Shown piece by piece: positions 26,187-35,745 of a stretch of 64,000 nt of DNA. Numbering within the stretch: the first letter of the stretch is position 1; each line of letters begins with the position of its first letter. The DNA comes from Felis catus. Its lineage: Eukaryota. Where the stretch lies: contig NC_058368.1 in assembly GCF_018350175.1 (NCBI RefSeq), forward strand, positions 26,228,001 to 26,292,000. Reading direction: 5' to 3'. The notes below the pieces were generated by a model. The model searched no databases and was not told the DNA's origin. It saw only the letters and a program-made list of their open reading frames with translations. A program made the translations under genes and the position numbers.

Positions 26187-26394
26187 TTTTTTTTAATGTT
26201 TATTTTGTGAGAGAGAGAGAGAGCGAGCACGAGCAGGGGAGGGCAGAGAGAGAGGGAGACACAGAATCCGAAGAAGGCTCCAGGCTGTGAGCTGTCAGCA
26301 CCCAGCCCTGTGCGGGGCTTGAACTCGTGAACCACGAGATCATGACCTGAGCTGAAGTCAGGCACTTAACTGACTGAGCCACCCAGATACCCCC
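26187..26394 (-). mobile_element. Full-length felid-type Can-SINE
   Basis: Typical body; TSD cagactttctcattttt / cagactatctcattttt. Confidence 0.95.
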
Positions 26395-26434
26395 AGACTA
26401 TCTCATTTTTTATTTTTATTTTAAAATAGCTTTA

Positions 26435-26535
26435 GGGGCTCCTGGGTGGCTCAGGTGGTTAAACTTCCGACTTGATTTCAGCTTAGGTCATGATCTCGCA
26501 TTTCGTGAGTTTGAGCCCTGCATCAGGCCGTGCAC
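26435..26535 (+). mobile_element. 3'-truncated Can-SINE head
   Basis: ggggctcctgggtggctcaggtggttaaa...ttcagcttaggtcatgatctc...gagtttgagccctgcatcagg. Confidence 0.85.
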
Positions 26536-26569
26536 ACTTTAGACTTACTAAAACGTTGTAAATTACTTC

Positions 26570-27190
26570 ATAGAGTTCTCATATATTTCACCCACTTTTC
26601 CCTAATGGTCATATTTTATATAACCATAGAACAAATCAGAAATTAATATTAATACTAACCAGTCTGTAAACTTTATTTGAATTTTGACCATTGTCCACTC
26701 ACTAAATGACCTTTTTCTGGTCCAGCATCTAACCTAGGATCTCATACTATTGTACTTAATTGTCATGTCTCCTTAGTCTCCTTCAATCTGAGATGCTTCT
26801 TCATTCTGTCTTTTTGCCTTTCTTGACTTTGACACTTTTTAAGAGTAACTAGTTAGAATGTCCCTCAATTTGTGTGTCTGATGTTTTCTTGTGATCAGAT
26901 TGGGATAATGCATTTTTGGCAAGAATACCACAGAAATGATAGTATGTCCTTATCAGTGCATTGTATCAGGAGAAATGTGATATTGATTTGTTCCCTTACT
27001 GGTGACGTTATCTTGATCATTTGGTTAAGGAGGTGTCTGCCAAGTTTCTATACTTTTAAAAATTACTCTTTTTCCCCTTTGTAAATAGCAAGGTTTTTTT
27101 GTGGGGAGATATTTTGAGACACTGTAAATGCCTTGTTTCTCATCATATATTCACCCATTAGTTTTAGCATCCATTAATGAATCTTACTTG
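26570..27190 (-). mobile_element. Old L1 (L1MC-like) 3' region
   Basis: ttgtcatgtctccttagtctccttcaatctg, gcatttttggcaagaataccacagaa, ttgatcatttggttaagg...tctgcca. Confidence 0.75.
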
Positions 27191-30100
27191 ATCAGAACCT
27201 ATTGAATTTAATTCTTTACTATCTTTTTGTTGTTGATAATATATTTCTTGTCATAGGTGGATAAGTGTCACAAAAGAATTAACGTAACGGCAGCATAATT
27301 CATAAAACATAACTTTTTCTTTCTGTAGTCTTTTATATTCATCTATGTCTGAATGCAGTCTTTAGGGAAGTAGCACAACACAAGATCTTGGAATAAAAAA
27401 ATGTGATCAAAAGACGATCCTTTTTTTTTTTTTTTTTTTCCTCCCAGTATCTTACATGTACTTCAGGATATGCTGGCCGTTGTAAGAACAAAGCCAAATA
27501 TTTCATATAGTAAAATAAACAGGTGAAAAAGAGATAAAAGTAATGGGCTGCATTAATTATGAAAAGAATTTGCAAGAGTAATTTAGAGCGTTTTCTTAAA
27601 ATTGACTTTCTTTTTTTTGTCAAATCTGGAAGCCTTTTTTTCATTCAAAAGAGGCAGTAGCAAATGTAAATATTTGGTCTTCTTGATCCTGAAGTTGCCT
27701 TTTTTATAGTCGATATATATTTTTTATGATTGTGTTTTATCTTTTATTCTATAGTGGATTAACTACTTTAAAAAATGTATTGTGCGTTGTTTCCTTATCT
27801 GTTTTATTTCATCTTCTACCTTAATCAGTGGAACGTGAAGACCCATTGCTTGTCTCTTTCTTGTTTATCTTTTGACAAATACTTGATGTTTAAACCTAGT
27901 GGAGTAACTTGAATCCCAATAACATTTTTGGATAGCATCTTTTCCAAAAGGACGAAGAGAAAATACAGTGGTAAATCTTGGAATTTGGTAGTTCTTGAAA
28001 CATTCTAGTAGTTAAGGTTCATCATTCTCATTACAACTTTCTTTTAGGAAATTGCTTTCCATGATAAGTGTATATCCTCATATTGGTATGCATTCCTTAA
28101 AGTTTCAGGCTTTCTTCCTTATTTTGGCGTTTTTGAGGTGTGACCTACTTGACAATAAATATAAGATTGTAGCTAAGAAGTAATCTTTCCTTCCAGAGTC
28201 ATTACAATACTGTGACTAATTCTAAGGTAGCTGGTTTTGTTTGTTTGTTTGCTTGTTTTTTGGCAAGATTTCACTTTCTCAAAATGAAATTTTTAAATTG
28301 GATGTTCTGGCAATACCTGGGTTCTTTTCTTACTGATTTTAAATCTGGAAAAGAAGATTAGAAAATCTATAACGGGTGTTAAAGTTTAGCTAAAATTTGT
28401 ATCATCCTAGGATACGTTTGTTTTCTGCTGACCATATTGAAAAATTAATCCTAGAAGCTGATGACCCCCAAAAAGGTACATGAAAGTAATACTTTTGATT
28501 TTATTTTCCTTAGGATTAGAAAGTTGAACTTTTTAGTGTCTACTTTAGACATCAGCCACTTGACAAAATTTTTTTGTGTGTTTGTTTCTTGATCAGTAGA
28601 CTTCATTTGTATAATATTTACTGAATTAACTGTGCCAAGCACTCTTCTAGGGTCTGGAGATAGACTCTCATGGTTTCTGTTAAGGATGTTCTTTTATTTT
28701 CTTAATGCCAGCTAGGACTGTTCTGGGCACTTGAAGGGGTTTGTGAGATGATGATTATTATTTTTTTTTAATAGACGTGCCTTAGGACCAGTAAGAATGA
28801 TTAGTGATTAAAAAAATAAGAATATGTTACATCATGCTTCCAGTTTAGTGTAGAATGTTTTATTTTGTAAATAATCTATAAATCTGTAAATTAGCAAGTT
28901 CAATTTCAGTCAGTTGTAATACAAAGGAATAGAAATAGTCTTTGTAGAAACACATTACCTTGCATTTCACTGCTTAAAAATGATTAGGCTTAGCCTTTTC
29001 TCTTTCTTCGGTATTAGAAATGCTTAAAACTAATAAGCAATATATGCTCATTTAATAATTTAGTATTGAGAACAAGTATTGCAAATAGTCTAGTTTGCAT
29101 ATTTTGGGAGAATTTCTCAGTGGTGTTTAAGTACGAAATACTTAGGTTTATTGTTTCTGATTTGAATATACCTGGATTTTCAGTAAGAATCTTTAAAAAT
29201 TTAAATACTTAGGGATAATGTTAAAATGATTTTATTGAAGTACTAGTGGATTGATAGACCTCCTAACATCCATTTGAGTTCCTTTGTGACATTTTAGCAC
29301 AGGTGATTTTGTTAGCTTTGTTTTAGAATTTATTCTCTAGTGGTTGAAATACAGGTTCTCCAGTGGAGTGCTTATTGTTTTCATCTCTTTAAACATTACA
29401 TAGAAGAATGCTGTTTATTAAAATAGAATTAGGTAAGGTCCTACTGTGTCATTCTTAAGAGCCTTTATCAATGGTAGTCTCGCAAAGGTTGTTCTTTCTT
29501 GTTTGAATAACGATCTCATTTTGTAAGTGCCTTTACATTTTTCTTTATAAATGATATATGATCAAATCCACAATCATCATAAATAATTAACTCCTGAAGC
29601 AAGAGAGATATCACCTCTCCTCAAGGATTCAAATAATTTCTATTTAGGGAAATCTGTATTCAGAGTATGAGTATGTTGAGTATGAGTATGTTGAATCCAT
29701 AAGTTTTGTTACTTTAAGCAAAATCAAGAAGTTATATCTTGAAAATAATCTCACTTGGGAGAAGTTTTTATGAGTGTATCTACTTCTCCAGCCCTATAAC
29801 CTATCCTAAGGGCATTTGGTTTTTTAAATATGTTTGTATTTTTAATTTATAAATTCTGTGGGGGTGTGGTAAGTAAATCAGTGGTTTAGAGCTCCTATTG
29901 AAGGGGAAATTGTAAACTTAGCCCACTGTTAATCTGAGCAAGATATGATTTCCTGGGAGTTGTTTTTCATTTTCAAAGTTAAGTGAGCCTGTAACTTAAA
30001 AAAAAATTCAGCAGTTAATATCTTTTATTCCAAAATGGAATGCTCCCTTTTGACCTGTATTTTCAATCAGAAGTATTGTTACTATTGATTAGTATTCAAG

Positions 30101-30350
30101 AAATAAAACTGGAAAATTTGGAAAATCATATTTTTTATAGTTTCTGAATCTGTTTTTTTAAACTATATCATAAAATAGTTAAGGTTTACTTAGATCTCAT
30201 TAATTTGGAAATCTTTAATGTTATTAGTTTGTATTGAAATATTAGACATGAAAAAGAATGATTTGTTAAGGAAATTAACTGGAAAAGACTAGAGGGTGAT
30301 TTTTTTCATAATGTAAAAAAGACTTTTGTAGCACCTGATTGCACAGTATA

Positions 30351-30836
30351 CAGTAGTCTCTCCTTACCTATATGGGTTATGTGCTAAGACTCCCAGTGGA
30401 TATCTGAAAACACATATAGTACCAAACTCTGTATATACTGTGTTTTTTCCTGTACCATAACATACCTATGATAAAGTTTAATTTGTAAATTAGACACAGT
30501 AAGAGATTAACAACAATAACCTAATAATGAACTAGGACAATTATAACAGTGTACCCTAATAAAAATAATGTGAATGTGGTCTGTCTCACTGTCAAAAGAT
30601 CTTATTTTACTGTATTCACCCTTCTTTCTCTTGTGATGATGTGAGATGATAAAATGCTTAGAGATGAGATGAAGTGAAGTGAATGACCTTTGCCTTGTGA
30701 TGTAGCATTAGGCTGCTGTTGACCTCCTGACGACGTGTCAGAAAGAGGATAATCTACTTCCGGATCATGGTTGAACAGGGTAAATGGAAACTTGGAAAGC
30801 AAAACCTTGGGGTTTTGTAGGTACTGCTAGTGTGTG

Positions 30837-30876
<40 letters not shown>

Positions 30877-30905
30877 TCTGTCTGTCTGTCTCAGAGGGAC
30901 TACAG
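30351..30905 (-). mobile_element. MER44-like non-autonomous Tigger (TcMar) DNA transposon
   Basis: TA on both flanks (30349-50, 30906-07); termini CAGTAGTCTCTC and GAGGGACTACAG are inverted matches at 10/12; internal catacctatgataaagtttaatt...agtaagagattaacaacaataac as I recall from the MER44 consensus. Confidence 0.85.
30841..30892 (+). repeat. (TG)17 plus (TCTG)n microsatellite
   Basis: Read directly. Confidence 0.95.
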
Positions 30906-31037
30906 TAGGTACAATGAATACATAAATGAGATGGCTCTGATGTATTAATTCTAAACCTTTCTCATCTGTTAAAAAGTCGTACCTTAAGAACTCCAACTGT
31001 GGAATACCTTGTTAATCTTTTTGGGATTATAGTGGGG

Positions 31038-31106
31038 GTTTTTTTTGTTTGTTTGTTTTTTTGTTTTTTGTTTTTGTTTTTTGTTTTTTGTTTTTTGTTT
31101 TTTTTT
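31038..31106 (+). repeat. (GTTTTT)n-like T-rich simple repeat
   Basis: Read directly. Confidence 0.9.
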
Positions 31107-32940
31107 GGACTCCTGAAAATACCTAGAGTGCCATTCTTGAGATATTTAGTATTCAGATCTTTTTCTAATTTGTACTTCCTTCCTGTCATCGTCCCTCATA
31201 TACCTCCTCAATGTGATTATACTGTAAAATACTGTTGTAAGCTACTGGTTAAAAAGTATAGTCTTTAAAACTAAAAGACCTGAGGATTTAAAATCTATTG
31301 GAAACTTAAAATAAGAAAATAGCTGCCACATAGGCTTGTAAAGTACTTTCGTACTAATTTATTTGCTACCTCTTGCTAGATGGAAGTTTCACCCCGTTGA
31401 CTTCTTTTAGATTTCTTTTTTCACTTCTTTACATTTTGGAAATCACAGATTTGATGGTTAAATCATAGATTTTCTTTTCTTAGTCCAAACTGTTTTCATT
31501 TCTCACTTGTACAGAATTGAATATATTCCTAAAGCAGAAGGGTTAGCTTGTTCTTTCTTCTTCAGGCTTTTAAAAAAAAATTGAGTCTAAATATTGTTAG
31601 GTAATGGAATAACGATTCCTTTTCAGCTGTGTTGGTATATTTCCAAACTGGCTGGCAGAGCCAGGAGGAAGTGAAGGCATTAAAACACTAACTTTGGTTG
31701 GTTGCTACCTTCTTAGTGCTGAGACTATAACCTTTGTTGGTTGATTGATAGAGAACAAGAGAGCACAGTCCTCGTTCCACTAACAGGTAAGGAACCCTTG
31801 TGATAACCAGTTGGCGTGAGAAAGAAAATTACTTGATTAGCAGTTTTTTTCTTAATTTATCCCCAAATATAACATGTCCATGAAATAGGATAGTGTGATT
31901 ATGTTCAATACAACAGGAATGTGCAGCACCTTTCTAGTTAGAAGAAGATCTGAAATTTAATAGGGATATATCACTCTGTACCACAAAGTATAATTGGTCT
32001 GTTTTCCACTGTTAAAATTTATCCTGCAGTCCCTATAACTTTAAATACATATCTGCCTATCTTATTCTCCTTTCAGCTTTTCCTTGATCAGATGCTATGT
32101 GCTTTGAACTTCCTTCTCTTATTTACCTTATTCCTATAATAAAGCAAACTATTTTCCAGTATCTTTGTCATCATCTATTATTTGAGTATATCTTACTGCT
32201 TTAATTTCTGCATTGTAGCCATTAATGATTTATTTCCTGGTCCTTCTTGACCCAAAACCAAATGATCATACATTTAAAAAAGATTTTTAGATTGTATTAC
32301 CTATGTACAGTATTCTGCCCTCCCACTTTTAAATATGAGTGCTTGAAGAAAAACTCTTTTTCAGTGATGGTGGTCCTAGCTTGATAAAATTTAGGTTTAG
32401 CTTTGTATTGCTATAATGTGGGACTGTAGTTTAAGTCTTTAAATTACTGAAGACTTAAAAACAAGAACAAATTCAGCTTCTTAGACACTTCCCAAAGTTT
32501 AGTAGTGTTCCTGTTAATATGCTTGATTATTCTGTTTCTCCTTTTCAATCCATCTTCTTCTCTTTGACAGAAGAATTAACTGGGACTCCTCCTTTGATAT
32601 AGCGGAGGTCGAGTTCCTTTCCCTGTCCCTTTAAGACAACTGTGCTGCTGTGCTCTTGTTCTAGTCATAATTTATCATTTTTTGATTCGGTCTTCCACTT
32701 GAAGTTGGGTGGTTTGTCACAGAGTGTGTTATGGCTTACACCAAGATAGGTCCCTTCTTAATAGGTTACTGAAGAATTAATCGTTTGTGGTGACAGATTT
32801 CAAAGATTCAAATTAAGAAGGCACTAAAGAAAGTGTGCCCAAAGGTAGCTCCTTTTTATCCTGAGGATAAGTCATTGCAAACTCAAATGACCAGAGAATG
32901 TAATTTCTTAATAAGAATTTTTTCTTAAATCTATATTCAG

Positions 32941-33028
32941 CTCTCTATTTCAGTGCTTCTCTCCTACCAGAGGTGCAAGGAGTGATCCTAGAACCACAGA
33001 TACAGCCAAGACCACGGAGAGCTTTTGA
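32941..33028 (+). CDS. TSC22D1: Putative alternative coding exon of TSC22D1 giving C-terminus (S)SLFQCFSPTRGARSDPRTTDTAKTTESF* (no TSC box)
   Basis: Acceptor ttttttcttaaatctatattcAG (32939-40); phase-2 join to exon 1 is open to TGA 33026-28; candidate donor CAA|GTGGGT at 33110/33111. I recall this peptide from a human isoform annotation (unverified). Confidence 0.6.
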
Positions 33029-34009
33029 CGTCAGGGGTCCACTTTCTCCACTGAACCCTTGGAGGCAGAATATCCAGCTTCTGGAGAGAGTGGGAAAGGA
33101 TAATAAACAAGTGGGTGCTTTCCATTATTTACTTGGGTTTATTTATAGATCGGAGTGTCCGTCCATTGCCCATTTAATTCTATTGGTGTACTCCTTGGGT
33201 TCATATAAGAACCAAGTGGGGCTGCAATCTGTTTGTTTTTTCTTGAGAATGCTAACTAGTGCCCATTCAGAAAAGAGGCCTAAAATTTATTTAATTTTCT
33301 CTCCAGATAATTAAAGCAGTGGATGATTTGGGGCACTAGATTTGGTGACTGCCTGTGTTAAGTGCACAGGAATTTTTAAAAGGAATATTTGCCCATTTTA
33401 ATGTTTAATGGTATTAGTGGACTTCTAAGTGCTCTTTTATTACCGGAAGGTAAAAAAGAAGTTTTTGTATTTCATCTTTGGGCAAGCTGGACATCTGAGC
33501 TCTCCTAATTTGCACAAGTCTGATGTCCAGGTGTTATCCTACCCTGTTAGAGAGAACTTTTTGGTCTTTTTCCTACCTCAAACTTTAGGACTTCATATTA
33601 ATTAGATCTTTTAGAAGATACAATGATAGTACCATTATGGTTTTACTGTCAAATTGAGGCTTCATTCTTTAATGAGATAAATGTGAATGAATATAAGTTT
33701 CAGGATATATTATCCCTGAAAGCTATGTTAAATATATACTCATAAGTAGTTTTCCAGTCCCTAGGAATAATGTTATTTGTGGCAAAAGAGCCTTGTCCTA
33801 GATGTTTCCCATGGCATTAAGATGGTTTTCTCTTAGTTTCTTTGATGCCAAGGGTAGGATTTGATTCCAGGAAGTTCTTATCATCTACAATGGGTAGAAC
33901 ATGACTTTGGTGTCTTTGGCAAGTTTTCATTTTTCCTTGGTGGATTCCTTCTGTGACTCCAGGTATCTTGATAATGGGAGACCGGTTTATTTGTTCTCTA
34001 ATTGCCCAG

Positions 34010-35745
34010 ATTTCTTTCAACTGGTAAACATCATACTTCTTCAGCAAAAGGAACTCTTCTAGCAGAGCCTTCATGGATGATATCTGTCACACATGCAGCA
34101 CCTGCAGTTTGGAAGGCAGTGGTGAACGGAGCCACGCAATATATCTAGAAGACACAAGGATGAGAGAGCCACCTGATCTTGTCATTTATAAACTTTAAGA
34201 TTTACTCTCGTGTACTCTTGGTCTGGAAACGGAAAGGCTCAAATAATGAAATAATTTTTTCAGATTGGAGTTTTACATGGCCATGCAAATATTCCTTTCT
34301 ATTCAGAAGACTGAAATAGAGAAAGTATGAGAGACTCCTTTCTTTTAAAAGCAGCTCTCTGTTTCACTTAAAAGATTTGTGGGATTGAAAATCACCTTAA
34401 TGAAGCAGGCAAATTTTTTGTTTTTAGTAGTATAGGAGATCCAGAAAACTTACAAAATTATTTTTTGTTGCCTGGCATTGAAAGGAACTAGTAAATAAAA
34501 AGGTGAACTTCTTAACTATTTCCAAATTGCTTTTATTATTAGGATACACTCTTTTAGCTTATCTTTTTCTGCTCTTGAGCCTTCTTATTTGTCAAGTCAA
34601 CAAAGGTTCCAGTATAGAAGTAGAGGAGACATCTTCTGAGATCAAAGTAGCTTGTTCGGTCTTCTAAAGTAGTAAATACCTGTTAAATTTGAGGTATTGT
34701 TCTGCATTGAAGGCATTCTAAAGTTTGAACGATACTGAAACAAAGACGCATGTAGAGAGCACAGGCAGTTAGTAGTATGGGCATAAGTCTCCACATGTGA
34801 ATAAGTGTTGCAAAACATTTGATCCAAACGGAAGTAGTTATCAAAATGTTTCTGTTTTTCTCTTTGGCATCTATTAACTGATCAGTCAAAAGCTATTAAA
34901 GAAGTTTTTAAAAGCTACCTGATGCTGCCAGTTTGTTTTATTTGGTATAAAGTTTAGGAATAAGAATCCTCGAGTTATTAATATGGAAGCATCTAAAATG
35001 ATCTTGAAGGTCTTAGGAGCCACATTTGCTAAGTTATACCTGGCGTGTCGCCTCTCTATGAGACCTTTTTTTCCCCCCATTAGTTACGAATTTTTGTATA
35101 GTACTTAAAGGTTTAAAAGATCAGTTTGAACTAAAATTTCTGTAGGGAGCTCTGAATTCCCATAAACGATTATAGCTTTGTATGCTTGATTTGTTTTTGT
35201 TAAATTTGGATAAGAGTCTTCACAGACACCTATAAATTAAAAAATAACTACCCAACATTTTAGAAAGAACTGAGGGGAACTGAAAGTGAAATTTGCTTGG
35301 AAATTAAGCTAGTTGAACTCTTGGAACCACAGTACCAACAAGTTTATGGCCTGTGCGATTAGCCTTTTGTTTCAGTTTTAAAGATGAAAAGTGATTTAAT
35401 CTCTTAACCTCATGCTTTGATTAAATTTTAGCTCTGTTCCTTAAAGTGTGCAAAAGAAATGTAAGTGCATTTAATTCACCTCATGCCACTAAAAGCTATT
35501 TAAAAGTGAAACTTTTTGTATATTAATGTGAACTGATTTGTTTATTTAAACTTTTATTTTGATACATTTTCCTTTCAGATTTTTCAATATTTCGTGTCAC
35601 TATGCAATCCTATATTTTTCAGTGTTTATTTTATGATTATTAGTATAAGCTAATTTTTTTTCCTAGAATGACTAATTGTGTAATATTTGTACTATGTGAT
35701 CATTTGAAAACTAATAAATATTTTCTCCATGAAAAAAATGCACTT
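34010..35745 (+). other. TSC22D1: Putative alternative last exon / 3'UTR of TSC22D1
   Basis: Acceptor tttatttgttctctaattgcccAG (34008-09), repeat-free U-rich UTR-like sequence with several TGTA motifs, AATAAA at 35713-35718. Confidence 0.5.
35713..35718 (+). terminator. Candidate polyadenylation signal AATAAA
   Basis: Preceded by TGTA motifs (tgtgtaatatttgtact) and followed by a T-rich stretch at about 35760. Confidence 0.5.

Noticed and set aside
30754..31268. ORFs rich in TH, K or F repeats
   Set aside because: Translations of (TG)n and (GTTTTT)n simple repeats.
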